From Candidatus Mnemosynella biddleae (lineage in GTDB: Archaea; Halobacteriota; Archaeoglobi; Mnemosynellales; Mnemosynellaceae), in the NCBI GenBank assembly GCA_002011165.2, contig MTMI02000003.1, positions 116,088-180,087 of the forward strand: 64,000 nt of DNA. The letters are read 5' to 3'. A program made the translations under genes and the position numbers. Numbering within the stretch: the first letter of the stretch is position 1; each line of letters opens with the position of its first letter. The notes below the pieces were generated by a model, which saw only the letters and a list, made by a program, of their open reading frames with translations, did no database searches and was not told the origin of the DNA. Positions 18,906 to 29,283 of the stretch are shown here, piece by piece.

Positions 18906-19447
18906 CGTATTTGAGAATTCCTAATGAGAGGATAGGAGTGCTTATAGGAAAAGGAGGAGAGACGAAAAAAGAGCTAGAAGAGAGAACCGGAGTTAAGATA
19001 GAGGTTGACTCTGAGACTGGGGAGGTGAAGATTGTCTCGTATGAGGATCCTGCAGAAGTTCTCAGAGCTATAAACGTAATAAGAGCAATTGGAAGAGGAT
19101 TTTCCCCTGAAAGAGCTTTCAGATTACTTGAAGATGATCTCATCTCACTGGATATCATAGATCTTTCGGAATTTGCGAGGAACAAGAAGGATCTCGAAAG
19201 AATGAAGGGAAGAATAATAGGAAGAGGAGGAAGAACAAGAGAGATTTTTGAGGAACTCACAGGAACTCTGATCTCGATTTATGGCAAAACAGTTGCAATT
19301 ATTGGATATCCAGAGCAAATTCAGGCTGTGAGAAAAGCAATAATGATGCTTGTGGATGGAGCGCCTCACGGAGCTGTTTATGCGTATCTTGAGAAGATAA
19401 GAAGAGAGCTCAAAGATCTCGAGATGAGATATGAGGAATTACCATGA
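18902..19447 (+). CDS. KH-domain rRNA-processing protein (Dim2/Pno1-like)
   Basis: IGVLIGKGG, AIGRGFSPE, GRIIGRGG; canonical aIF1A-RIO1-KH cluster. Confidence 0.92.
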   Translation: MTYLRIPNERIGVLIGKGGETKKELEERTGVKIEVDSETGEVKIVSYEDPAEVLRAINVIRAIGRGFSPERAFRLLEDDLISLDIIDLSEFARNKKDLERMKGRIIGRGGRTREIFEELTGTLISIYGKTVAIIGYPEQIQAVRKAIMMLVDGAPHGAVYAYLEKIRRELKDLEMRYEELP

Positions 19448-20187
19448 AGATTGCGATTAGCGGAAAAGGAGGCGTAGGAAAGAGCACGATTGCAGCAACG
19501 CTCTCAGTACTCTATGCAAAAGAAGGAAGAAAAGTCATAGCGATAGACGCAGATCCAGATTCAAATCTTGCTGACATTCTTGGAGTATCAGAGACTCCAC
19601 CACCTCTGAGTAAGCTTCCATTGGTAAGAGAGAGAGCCGAGATCGTTAATGGAATTTTCAGAGTCAATCCGAAAGTTGATGACATAGTTGAGCGATTTGG
19701 TGTTTCTTCAAGAGGAGTTACGCTGATGGTTCTCGGAACAATAGAAAAAGGAGGGAGGGGTTGTTTCTGCCCAGAAAGCGCTTTCCTTAGAGCGTTTCTC
19801 AAACACGTCCTTGTTAAAGAAGACATTGTAATAATGGATATGGAAGCGGGAATAGAGCATCTCGGAAGAGCAACAGCGAAGAATGTGGATGTGATGCTCG
19901 TAGTTTTGGAACCAAGTTTGAAAGCAGTTGAAACAGCGAAGAGAATTAAGAAATTGTCTGGAGATCTCGGATTGAAAAGTATTTTTGCTGTTCTAAACAA
20001 ATCGAGAGGAGAAGAGGAAAAAATAAAGGAAATTCTTGGAGATATTCCGCTTATAGGATCGATTCCCTATGATGAGAAGATAATAGAATCTGACATTACT
20101 GGGGCTCCTCCATTTGAAATCAGCGAGGATCTTGTCAGATCAGTGAAAGGAATAAAAGAGAGATTGGATAAGCTCATTCATACCTGA
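19444..20187 (+). CDS. cooC: CooC/AcsF-type nickel-insertion ATPase
   Basis: GKGGVGKS, DADPDSNL, GCFCPE, DMEAGIEHLGR. Confidence 0.88.
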   Translation: MKIAISGKGGVGKSTIAATLSVLYAKEGRKVIAIDADPDSNLADILGVSETPPPLSKLPLVRERAEIVNGIFRVNPKVDDIVERFGVSSRGVTLMVLGTIEKGGRGCFCPESAFLRAFLKHVLVKEDIVIMDMEAGIEHLGRATAKNVDVMLVVLEPSLKAVETAKRIKKLSGDLGLKSIFAVLNKSRGEEEKIKEILGDIPLIGSIPYDEKIIESDITGAPPFEISEDLVRSVKGIKERLDKLIHT

Positions 20188-21382
20188 GAGCTTCAACTGG
20201 ATCCATTTGAGCTGCTTTGTAAGCGGGATAAAGTCCAGCGAAAATTCCAACTGCAAGAGAGACTCCCAAACCTAGAAGAATCCACTCATACGAGATTACG
20301 GGTGAGATTTTTATCCATTTTGAGATTGCTTTAGAGATGAGAATTCCGAGTGAGAGTCCTATGATTCCTCCGAGAACACTGAGGAGAGAGCTTTCAGTTA
20401 AGAAAATGAATAGGATGTTTCCCTTAGTTGCTCCAATGGCTTTCATAACTCCGATCTCCCTAGTTCTTTCAGTTACACTAACGAGCATAATGTTCATTAT
20501 TCCGATAGAGCCGACAAGAAGAGAGACTGCAGCGATGGATATAAGAACGTTTGAGAACGTTCCGGTCATCTGATTTACTCTTTCAAGTATCTCTTCCTGA
20601 GTTGTTATTCTGTATGGTTTCTTCCTTGCATCTCCCATCTCGCTTCTTGGAACTCCGGTCTTCTGAGCAAGATGTTCGTCTATCTTATCCTTCAGATCTC
20701 CAACTATATTCATCTTCTCGGCTGAGAGCATTATTGCGCTGTAATCTTCCTCCCCAAAAATTTCGTTAAGAGTAGAGACAGGTATGATCACAAGATTGTT
20801 GGGATTAAAAACTCCACCGACGATTGTAGCTTTTTTATCCGTTATCCCAATAACTCGAAACTCTTTCGTTATAGTACTTCCATCTGGAAGTGTGAAGGTT
20901 ATTTTTATTGGATTTCCCACAGAAATTTCCCTTATGAAGTACTCGTTAGCGATGTTATACCCAACTACTGCTGAAAAACGGCTTCTCTCATTTAAGAAAT
21001 CTCCCTCCATCATCTCAACTTTTGCAACCGAAAGATAGTCTGGAGAGACTCCAACCACGCTAATCGTCACGCTCTCGGACATGAAAGTCAGCTTAGCATT
21101 CACCGACTTCAAAGGAGTTGCTCCCTCAACTCCTGGAAGTCTCTCAAGCCATCTGAGCTCCTCTTCACCAAGAACTCCCGGGATTCTCGCTGAAATTATC
21201 ACGAAATTCGTTCCCATCTCAGTCATCTGCTCGTTTAGATAAACCTGAAAACCAGAACCAATTGCAACATTCGCTATAACTGCTGCGACTCCGATGACGA
21301 TGCCGAGAGTTGTAAGACCAGATCTGATCTTCGCACTCTTAAGATTCTCAAAAGCCATCCTGAGGACTTCAAGGATGTCCAT
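20174..21382 (-). CDS. MacB/FtsX-type ABC transporter permease
   Basis: RSGLTTLGIVIGV, GIMNIMLVSVTERTREIG, PAYKAAQMDPVEALRYE. Confidence 0.93.
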   Translation of the reverse strand: MDILEVLRMAFENLKSAKIRSGLTTLGIVIGVAAVIANVAIGSGFQVYLNEQMTEMGTNFVIISARIPGVLGEEELRWLERLPGVEGATPLKSVNAKLTFMSESVTISVVGVSPDYLSVAKVEMMEGDFLNERSRFSAVVGYNIANEYFIREISVGNPIKITFTLPDGSTITKEFRVIGITDKKATIVGGVFNPNNLVIIPVSTLNEIFGEEDYSAIMLSAEKMNIVGDLKDKIDEHLAQKTGVPRSEMGDARKKPYRITTQEEILERVNQMTGTFSNVLISIAAVSLLVGSIGIMNIMLVSVTERTREIGVMKAIGATKGNILFIFLTESSLLSVLGGIIGLSLGILISKAISKWIKISPVISYEWILLGLGVSLAVGIFAGLYPAYKAAQMDPVEALRYE

Positions 21383-21383
21383 T

Positions 21384-22514
21384 TCACTTCCTTCTCCTTC
21401 TCCACCAAATCAGTGCTCCGAGAACTACTGCAAAGATGAGAAGATAATAGACAGTGTTCATGGGACTCTTCTCTGGAAGCACCGTGACCTTAACATGAAC
21501 TATAGAGGTCTCCTTTAAAATTCCGTCCTCAACATAAACACCTTTAAAACCGAAAACTTCAGTTCCATTTACGGAAGATCCCTGAATTTTGAATCTCGCG
21601 GTAAAAACATCATCAGGGTTCATCTTACCTATGTAATATTCCTTCGGAGAGAGCTTATCACTCAGAGAGATCACGCTTACTGAAGAGATTTCCTTATTCA
21701 TCGAGTTTGCAACATCGATTTCGATACTTATCTCCTCGTTAGAAGTTCCAAGAACACGAGTTTCCACGGGAATAAGCTTCAGAGAGGATGATGAAGAGAG
21801 GACTCTGAGGGGAAACTCGAATGTGCGTTCATGAGAGTTTTCCCCATTCTTGTAGCTTACTCTGAACTTCAGAGAGCTTTCGGAAAAGTTCTCGGAAGAA
21901 TATATCTCAAAAGTTAGCTTCTCAGATGAGTGAGCTTCCAAAGTTCCGATGAAGATTCTCTGAGGAAGAACTTCTGCATTCTCAATTTCAGGTTCAACAA
22001 CGAGAGAGTTGAGAGAGTTATCTCTTGGATTCGTAATCTCAAGAGTTATTTCCGCTTTTGCTCCTCTCACGATAGAGAGAGGAGCTTCTGAAGAGATCCC
22101 TACAAGATGTAGTTCAGGAGATGATGAATCTACTCTTACGTGAATGGGGAATACAAGGCTTTCGCCCCCCTCAATAGAGATTACAACCTGAGGATAGTAA
22201 CTTCCATCCTGAACGTCTCCCGCAGAGATTGGAAAGCTCAGAGTGAGGGTCTCAGAGGGAGCTATCCACCCGATGTGCTGATAGTTCACATACTTGCTCT
22301 TCAAAACTCCTCCATAGAGTGATGCTCCGGTGACCTTCAGAGAGGTGCTCCCGGTGTTCTTGAGAGTGATTTCCAACGTTCCTGCATCACCGGGCATGAG
22401 AACATCAGGTGTGATAGTATAATCAACAATCGAAAGTGTGCTTTGTTCTGCAAAAGTTGACGAGGATAAAGCGATTAGAATTAAAAGCGATAGAAGGATG
22501 CTAATTTTCCTCAT
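21384..22514 (-). CDS. COG1361-like S-layer-domain membrane-anchored protein
   Basis: Signal peptide, three Ig-like units (LKNTG, ITNP, VANS), C-terminal TM helix plus RRRRK. Confidence 0.75.
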   Translation of the reverse strand: MRKISILLSLLILIALSSSTFAEQSTLSIVDYTITPDVLMPGDAGTLEITLKNTGSTSLKVTGASLYGGVLKSKYVNYQHIGWIAPSETLTLSFPISAGDVQDGSYYPQVVISIEGGESLVFPIHVRVDSSSPELHLVGISSEAPLSIVRGAKAEITLEITNPRDNSLNSLVVEPEIENAEVLPQRIFIGTLEAHSSEKLTFEIYSSENFSESSLKFRVSYKNGENSHERTFEFPLRVLSSSSSLKLIPVETRVLGTSNEEISIEIDVANSMNKEISSVSVISLSDKLSPKEYYIGKMNPDDVFTARFKIQGSSVNGTEVFGFKGVYVEDGILKETSIVHVKVTVLPEKSPMNTVYYLLIFAVVLGALIWWRRRRK

Positions 22515-23202
22515 ATTTTTTCTCCTCCTTTTCGATTACTCCATCCCTAATCCTTATAATTCTTCTCGTTCTCTTCGCAACTTCAGATTCATGAGTAACG
22601 ATGACTATGGTTAGACCTTCTCGATTCATCTCCTCGAAGAGCTCCATTATCTCATTTCCTGTTGTGGTATCGAGATTTCCCGTAGGTTCATCCGCAAGGA
22701 TGACTCTGGGGTTGTTGACAAGAGCTCTTGCAATTGCAACTCTCTGTTGCTCTCCTCCACTCATCTCAGTCGGTCTGTGATGCATCCTTCCACCCAACCC
22801 GACTCTTTCCAGAAGCTCCGATGCTCTCTTTACTCTCTTCTCTTTCGGAACTCCGCTGAAAACCATCGGAAGTTCAACATTCTTCAAAGCTGAAAGTCTA
22901 GGGATCAGATTGAATGATTGGAAGACGAATCCTATTGTTTTTCTTCTTATCTCAGAGAGTTCTCTGTCTCCAAGTTCTTTCGTGTTGACACCGCAGATGA
23001 TGATGTCTCCGCTTGTTGGACGATCGAGACAACCCATGAGATGCATAAGAGTGGACTTTCCACTTCCTGATGGACCCACAATCGAAACGAGTTCACCTGA
23101 AGAGATTTCAAGATTTATTCCTCTTAGCACATGAAGGCTGAGTTTTCCCATGTGATAAAACTTATGCACATCTCTGAGTTTTATCAGAACTTCAGAACTC
23201 AT
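22501..23202 (-). CDS. ABC transporter ATP-binding protein (LolD/MacB type)
   Basis: GPSGSGKST, MSGGEQQRVAIARAL, ADEPTGNLD. Confidence 0.95.
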   Translation of the reverse strand: MSSEVLIKLRDVHKFYHMGKLSLHVLRGINLEISSGELVSIVGPSGSGKSTLMHLMGCLDRPTSGDIIICGVNTKELGDRELSEIRRKTIGFVFQSFNLIPRLSALKNVELPMVFSGVPKEKRVKRASELLERVGLGGRMHHRPTEMSGGEQQRVAIARALVNNPRVILADEPTGNLDTTTGNEIMELFEEMNREGLTIVIVTHESEVAKRTRRIIRIRDGVIEKEEKKYEEN

Positions 23203-23377
23203 TGAACTCCACCACATATTTTATATCGAGAAGAGCTACTTTTTTAACTATCTTAGAAATTTTCCTCTTCTGCTCATCATTGAGATTGCTCAACTTTGAT
23301 TTCACAAGCTCGAGAAGTCCCCTCATGAAGATTATTCTTTTTTCTATTTCTTTCACATTATCTTGATTTTCCCTCAA
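23192..23377 (-). CDS. Small hypothetical helical protein
   Basis: TTG start after GGAGAGG, overlaps ABC ATPase start; no recognisable motif. Confidence 0.35.
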   Translation of the reverse strand: MRENQDNVKEIEKRIIFMRGLLELVKSKLSNLNDEQKRKISKIVKKVALLDIKYVVEFNEF

Positions 23378-23482
23378 GAACTTTCGACCTCTCCGTTATT
23401 CGACAAACTTTTTTCCTTCTTTTGGGGATTCCTATGAGACAATATCGATGCCAGATTAGAAAATATAAAAAGATTTCGAAAT

Positions 23483-25795
23483 TCAAAGAAAATCCTCAAG
23501 AGTTCTCTGAGATGCGAGATGAAGTTCCCTCTCGGAAATTCCGAAAACTTCGAGAACTCTGAGAGCTGCGGGAACAATTTGATTGGTGATATAGTAATCA
23601 ATGTCAATCTCCTTGAGCTCTCCACTTTTCGTTCTGACTTTTACGCCTTCGGGTTTCAAAGCCTCAAAAGGTTCAGCTCTTTCGCTGACGCCCCCGGGAC
23701 CAGAGAGAATAATATAAGGAACCTTATCTCCGACTTTATATTCGATTCCGTAACTCTTCGCCTTAATGGTAGCGATTACATGAGGCTGAGAGGCCTCATA
23801 CCTTGATGGTTTCTTAACGAGGGTTTTCGAGATCACAAGCTTCTCAAGAGGAATTTTGCCTTCTCTAAGCTCTCTAATGATTTCTCTAACATACTCAACA
23901 GCTTTTTCGACTTTCTTCTCTTTCAGAATTGTCTCTATAACTTTCATCTGAACCTCTCTCGCTAAATCACACCAGTCACCTCTTCTGACCTCGAGACCTC
24001 TAACCATTATTCTCCCTTCGGAAGTGAGACCTGCATATCTCTTCTTCTTCCCCGTGAAGAAAATCGTCTCAAAAAGATCTTCCACATCGAGTTCAAGAGG
24101 AATCTCTTTAGAGACCTTCTCGGAAAGCTTTCGAGCTTTTTCCACAACATCTCCATCGGATTTTACGAAAAGAGAGTCGGTATCTCCGTAGATGACCTCT
24201 AAACCCATAGATTTGGCGATTTCAACAGCACGGGTTATGAAATATCTTCCCCACGCAGTTGTCGCTTCTGCACATTCCCTTCGATACCATCTTGCTGCAG
24301 ACCATCCGGTATAGCCGTAGAATGAGTTTGTGAGGATTTTCAGGGTTTGCTGTTCCACATCCTTGAGAGGATCAAAGTTTCTCTCGAGTTCCTCCTTTAT
24401 TTTCTTCCTTCTTTCAACAAGATTTACAAGAATCTGCTTGAAGAAACCGTCGGGCTTCTTCCTGAACTTATGACCGACATAAGGAGCGACATACACATCA
24501 TCTCCATCCTCCACTAAAGTATCTGGAGAAATGTTAAAGGAGATCATGATCGAAGGATACATCGAAGAGAAGTCTAGAAGGACAACTTTTTCATGAATTC
24601 CAGGAACTGGTTCAAGAACGACTGCTCCGGTATAGCTCTCTCCAGTATCCCCTTTCCTCTTCGGTATCAGCTCGTTCATCTTAACAGCTTCTGCGGAGAG
24701 ATACATCTCCACCATTCTACCCCTTCCCATCTTGCTAATGTCATCAAGAGGATAACGTATGAGTCTCGAAAATTCTATTTGAATAGGAAGGAGCTTTTCC
24801 AGCATCTTAAATGTGCTGAGAACATCATCTTTTGCGTATTCGAGGAGTTTTTCCCTATCCTCTTTCCAGTAGCGATGAATTTCCGAAGAGGGAATCGTGA
24901 CTCTATCCTCGGCTTCCTGAATTCCCAGATATTCCGCAACGTTCTCCAGCTTCTTGACTTTCACCTCACCAACGTCCCTCATGACCACACGATAAAGATC
25001 GACATCAAGCCTTCCAGCTATCGAGATCTGTGGAAGTGGAGCCCTTCTTATTTTCGGAGGTGATTCATCTCTTCCTAATTTAAGCTCGATACCAAGTTTC
25101 TTGCATCTCTTCATGAGATAAGGAATGTCAAAGGAATTATGATTGTATCCAGCAATAACATCTGGATCTTCTCTTCTCACAAACTCCAAGAATTGCTTTA
25201 TGATCTTTTCTTCTTCTCCGTGGAAAATTTCCACTCCTTTCTCAGTGCAGACCGAAATAATTATCACAGGATCTCTTTCTGGATCGGGAGTTCCTCTTGG
25301 ATTGTAAACCTCACAATCAAAAGCAAGAAGCTTTAGTTTTGGAGGGGGTGCCTTAAGAGGGGATATTCTCTTTATCTCATCTCCCTCAATCTCTGCTTCT
25401 ATCATGCTAAGCGGAGTTAACATCTTATCCCAGAGATAGCGGATGTGAAAGGGAATGTCATCCTCAAGAGTCTCATAACCTAACTTTCCCGCAACACTTC
25501 TGAGAACAGGGACCTCTCTTGGATGGGATGCATAAACTCTAAGAATTTCAATCTCTTTTCCGAAGTATTTCTTCTTAACCCTTTCAACCTCTCTAACCTG
25601 AACTCCTTCAGAACTCCTAATTTTCTTTACTTCTTCAATTTCAGCTCCAAGAATGTAAAAATAAGGTCTGAAATTGCGATCCTTCAGAACTCTGATGTTG
25701 CCTTTCTTATCTTTACACCACAGTCGGATGACAGGAGAATCATCTTCGGTGATTGAATCTAAAGTCAGGAGCCAACCTCTGAAACCACTCATCAA
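23483..25795 (-). CDS. polB: Family B DNA polymerase
   Basis: Exo motifs FDCE, YNHNSFD, YAKDD; polymerase motifs DFSSMYPS, KILTNSFYGY, YGDTDS; no intein. Confidence 0.97.
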   Translation of the reverse strand: MMSGFRGWLLTLDSITEDDSPVIRLWCKDKKGNIRVLKDRNFRPYFYILGAEIEEVKKIRSSEGVQVREVERVKKKYFGKEIEILRVYASHPREVPVLRSVAGKLGYETLEDDIPFHIRYLWDKMLTPLSMIEAEIEGDEIKRISPLKAPPPKLKLLAFDCEVYNPRGTPDPERDPVIIISVCTEKGVEIFHGEEEKIIKQFLEFVRREDPDVIAGYNHNSFDIPYLMKRCKKLGIELKLGRDESPPKIRRAPLPQISIAGRLDVDLYRVVMRDVGEVKVKKLENVAEYLGIQEAEDRVTIPSSEIHRYWKEDREKLLEYAKDDVLSTFKMLEKLLPIQIEFSRLIRYPLDDISKMGRGRMVEMYLSAEAVKMNELIPKRKGDTGESYTGAVVLEPVPGIHEKVVLLDFSSMYPSIMISFNISPDTLVEDGDDVYVAPYVGHKFRKKPDGFFKQILVNLVERRKKIKEELERNFDPLKDVEQQTLKILTNSFYGYTGWSAARWYRRECAEATTAWGRYFITRAVEIAKSMGLEVIYGDTDSLFVKSDGDVVEKARKLSEKVSKEIPLELDVEDLFETIFFTGKKKRYAGLTSEGRIMVRGLEVRRGDWCDLAREVQMKVIETILKEKKVEKAVEYVREIIRELREGKIPLEKLVISKTLVKKPSRYEASQPHVIATIKAKSYGIEYKVGDKVPYIILSGPGGVSERAEPFEALKPEGVKVRTKSGELKEIDIDYYITNQIVPAALRVLEVFGISERELHLASQRTLEDFL

Positions 25796-25830
25796 AATCT
25801 ACTTTTGTTTCACTCCCACAAATAACTTTT

Positions 25831-27228
25831 TCAGAAGTGTGTGAGTCTAACTTGCCTTCTCACACAGATCTCTCCGGGGACTTCTACGGGATATCTTGAG
25901 GTTAAACAGGCCAAACAGAGTCTTCTCTCGGGAATTCCCACTGCTTCTATTAGACCTTCCAGTGAAAGATAGTTAACGGAGTCTGCTCCTATGACTGTTT
26001 TTATGCCCTCAACCGATTTATGAGCTGCTATGAGCTCCTCTCTCGTCGGCATGTCTATTCCGAAATAGCATGGTGCGATAATTGGAGGAGACCCTACCAT
26101 CAGGTGAACCTCCTTAGCTCCTGCATCTCTGAGCATCTGAACAATTCTCCTCGAAGTCGTTCCTCTGACTATCGAATCATCCACGAGGATGATCCTCTTT
26201 CCTTCAACGTTTCTCCTAACAACATTCAGTTTTAGCCTAACTCCTGCATCCCTAAGCCTCTGATGTGGCATTATGAATGTTCTTCCCACATATCTGTTTT
26301 TTATGAGTCCCTCAAGAAAAGGAATTCCTGAGGCAAGAGAGTAGCCTATCGCAGAAGTCACTCCAGAATCTGGAACAGGGCAAACGAGATCCCCTTCTAT
26401 TCCGTATTCCTCATAAAGTCTTTCACCAATCCTCAAACGAACGTCATAAACGAGTTTTCCATCAATAATTGAGTCTGGTCTCGCAAAATAGATGAACTCA
26501 AAGACGCACTGGGATGTGGATGGACTTCTGACGATCTGATAGGATTCAACTTCCTCTTCGATGATTAGGAGTTCCCCAGGCTTAACATCTCTGATGAGCT
26601 TCCCTCCCAGAACGTCGATTGCAACGCTCTCCGAAGCCACAACATGAGTTCCATTAACCTTGCCAATGCAGAGAGGTTTGAAACCGTTTGGATCTCTTAT
26701 GGCTACAAGTGTATCATTGATTAGAATTGTGAGCGAATAGGCACCAATAAGTCTTTTCATAAGTTCTCTCGTAGCATCCACAATATCTTTTCTCAGAAGC
26801 TCCTTAGCTAGAAGATGAGCTATAACCTCGGTGTCGGACTCCGAAAGAAAAATATGCCCATCTTCTTCTAAAGCTCTTCTGAGTTTCGTAGAGTTCACTA
26901 TGTTCCCGTTATGAGCTACTGCAATCGTGCCTCCTCTGAAAGAGATTGTCAGAGGCTGAGAGTTCTCAGGAGTTGAGGGACCTGTAGTAGAGTAGCGAAC
27001 ATGTCCAATTCCTCTATCTCCTCTCAAAAGCTTCAGCTTATCTCCGTTAAAGACCTCTGAAACTAAGCCCATATCCTTATGCACTCTTATCCTCGAACCA
27101 TCAAAAGTCGCTATTCCAGCAGATTCCTGACCTCGGTGCTGTAGAGAGAAGAGAGCATAATAGATGTGAGAAGAGACGTCTTCTCCCTCAGTGCTTAAAA
27201 TTCCGACAACTCCACACTCCTCTCTCAA
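25831..27228 (-). CDS. purF: Amidophosphoribosyltransferase
   Basis: EECGVVG, QHRGQESAG, GHVRYST, VDDSIVRGTT. Confidence 0.97.
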   Translation of the reverse strand: MREECGVVGILSTEGEDVSSHIYYALFSLQHRGQESAGIATFDGSRIRVHKDMGLVSEVFNGDKLKLLRGDRGIGHVRYSTTGPSTPENSQPLTISFRGGTIAVAHNGNIVNSTKLRRALEEDGHIFLSESDTEVIAHLLAKELLRKDIVDATRELMKRLIGAYSLTILINDTLVAIRDPNGFKPLCIGKVNGTHVVASESVAIDVLGGKLIRDVKPGELLIIEEEVESYQIVRSPSTSQCVFEFIYFARPDSIIDGKLVYDVRLRIGERLYEEYGIEGDLVCPVPDSGVTSAIGYSLASGIPFLEGLIKNRYVGRTFIMPHQRLRDAGVRLKLNVVRRNVEGKRIILVDDSIVRGTTSRRIVQMLRDAGAKEVHLMVGSPPIIAPCYFGIDMPTREELIAAHKSVEGIKTVIGADSVNYLSLEGLIEAVGIPERRLCLACLTSRYPVEVPGEICVRRQVRLTHF

Positions 27229-27262
27229 TAAAGAGCACCCTCAGGGGGTTTTTAAATTTAGA

Positions 27263-27442
27263 TCAATTGTTATACTTTGCGGACTTTTTCACCCAACTGT
27301 AACTTCTTAGCCTTTTAGATCTTCCGAAACCGCATGAAGCACAGTATCGCTTGCTGACGTGAAAAGAGACCTTTCCACACCTTCTACATCTTATATGAGT
27401 TTTCTTCTGCCTTTTACCCATCGAAGGAGTTCCCTTGCTCAT
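27263..27442 (-). CDS. rpl37e: 50S ribosomal protein L37e
   Basis: [23 protein letters not shown]. Confidence 0.97.
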   Translation of the reverse strand: MSKGTPSMGKRQKKTHIRCRRCGKVSFHVSKRYCASCGFGRSKRLRSYSWVKKSAKYNN

Positions 27443-27457
27443 CAATCTCACCTCGCA

Positions 27458-27757
<300 letters not shown>

Positions 27758-27781
27758 TTAAAATTCCAATATGCAAAGTAA

Positions 27782-28282
27782 GTGATGAGAGAAATGAGAG
27801 TGAAAAACAGGCATCAGCTTAGAGAGAGAGAAGCGAGAGCGATAGCAGAAGAGCTTGAGAAGATTTTCGGGGAAGATGCAAAAAGACTTCTCGAAGATAA
27901 GAAGATGGAAAGAGTAGAGATGAGAGATAAAACTGAACTGATACTCGTTGATGGAGAGCCTCTGCTGATCATGATTGACGGGAGACCATTTCCTACTGTA
28001 AAAGGTGCTCTAAAAATGAAGCCGAAGAAAAAAAGGGTTGTCGTTGATTTTGGAGCGGTAAAAGCAGTTTCTCAGGGAGCTGATGTCATGGCACCGGGAA
28101 TAGTGGAAGTCGATGACGATGTCGAAAAAGGAGATCTCGTGATTATAGTTGATGAGATCCACAGAAAGCCTCTAGCTATAGGAAGAGCTCTTGTTTCAAA
28201 AGATAGGATGATGGGGCAGAGGGGTAAAGCGGTGAAGTCCATTCATCATGTTGGTGATAGGATATGGAAACTACAAGTCTGA
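27782..28282 (+). CDS. PUA-domain RNA-binding protein (Tma20/MCT-1-like)
   Basis: PFPTV, VDFGAV, GADVMAPGI, HHVGD. Confidence 0.9.
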   Translation: MMREMRVKNRHQLREREARAIAEELEKIFGEDAKRLLEDKKMERVEMRDKTELILVDGEPLLIMIDGRPFPTVKGALKMKPKKKRVVVDFGAVKAVSQGADVMAPGIVEVDDDVEKGDLVIIVDEIHRKPLAIGRALVSKDRMMGQRGKAVKSIHHVGDRIWKLQV

Positions 28283-28321
28283 GAAGAGATTTATTAAGGA
28301 GTTTTTCAAAATTACTTTTCG

Positions 28322-28714
28322 ATGGTGATGTCATTGAGCGGACTTATAGATAAGTTGTTTGGAGGAGGAGCAAAGCCGAAGGGAGCTGAAGAGGAGTATA
28401 TAGAACTGAATCTCAGCGAATACGAAGCACTAATGGAGAGAGAGGTAGCCAACCTTTACGTGAAGGTTGCAGAAATAGCGAATCTCAACGAACTTCAGGA
28501 AATTAGAAAGGAGATATATAACGGAAACATCGTGATAATAGATCTCTCCCTCATGAGGAGAGATAGAGCGCTTGTGGAGAGAGTCATAAGAGAGTTGAAA
28601 CAGGTGACCGAGGATATTCACGGAGATATCGCTGGGATAAGTGAGGATCTTATAATAACAACTCCAACAGGTGTGAAGATAGATAGGAGAAAGATTATCG
28701 GGGGCAAGTATTGA
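28322..28714 (+). CDS. sepF: Archaeal cell division protein SepF
   Basis: YNGNIVIID, GDIAG, TPTGVKIDR. Confidence 0.85.
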   Translation: MVMSLSGLIDKLFGGGAKPKGAEEEYIELNLSEYEALMEREVANLYVKVAEIANLNELQEIRKEIYNGNIVIIDLSLMRRDRALVERVIRELKQVTEDIHGDIAGISEDLIITTPTGVKIDRRKIIGGKY

Positions 28715-29283
28715 AGAGAGCTACGACAAAATACGGTTGTCCCTCCTGTGGAGCTCAAGCAAATTATACTTGGGATTTCGAAGAGATTCCGTATTTCGGA
28801 GAAGTGATGATAACTTCAATCCAGTGCTCTTCGTGTGGTTTCAAGCACTCAGACTGTCTTATTCTGAGTGTTAAAGATCCGATGAGATACGAGCTGAAGA
28901 TAAGGAGCATTGAGGATCTCTCGGCCAGAGTTATAAGATCCTCATCAGGTACTATTAGAATTCCAGAGCTTGGAGTTGATATAGAACCGGGTCCACTTGC
29001 AGAATCATTCATAAGCAATGTTGAGGGAATTCTTGAGAGAATTGAGAACGTTCTGAAAGGAATTTTGAGGACCAGTGGAAACAAAAGAGCTAAAGAGCTT
29101 CTGAACGACATTTCAGAGATTAGAGAGGGAAAAAAGGAGATTACGGTGGTTGTGGAAGATCCATTTGGAAATAGTGCAATAATATCTGAGAGGGCATCTT
29201 CTAGGATTCTCAGTAGAGAGGAGGCTTCGAAACTCAAAACTGGATACCTTCTCTTTGAAGTTGAAGATGATCCGGAGAGTTAG
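28711..29283 (+). CDS. ZPR1 zinc-finger domain protein
   Basis: CPSC, IPYFGE, CSSCGF, IPELG, NVEGIL, EDPFGNS. Confidence 0.92.
   Translation: MKRATTKYGCPSCGAQANYTWDFEEIPYFGEVMITSIQCSSCGFKHSDCLILSVKDPMRYELKIRSIEDLSARVIRSSSGTIRIPELGVDIEPGPLAESFISNVEGILERIENVLKGILRTSGNKRAKELLNDISEIREGKKEITVVVEDPFGNSAIISERASSRILSREEASKLKTGYLLFEVEDDPES

Noticed and set aside
23483-25795. Inteins in PolB (also checked Cdc48 and Lhr)
   Set aside because: Lengths are normal and motifs contiguous
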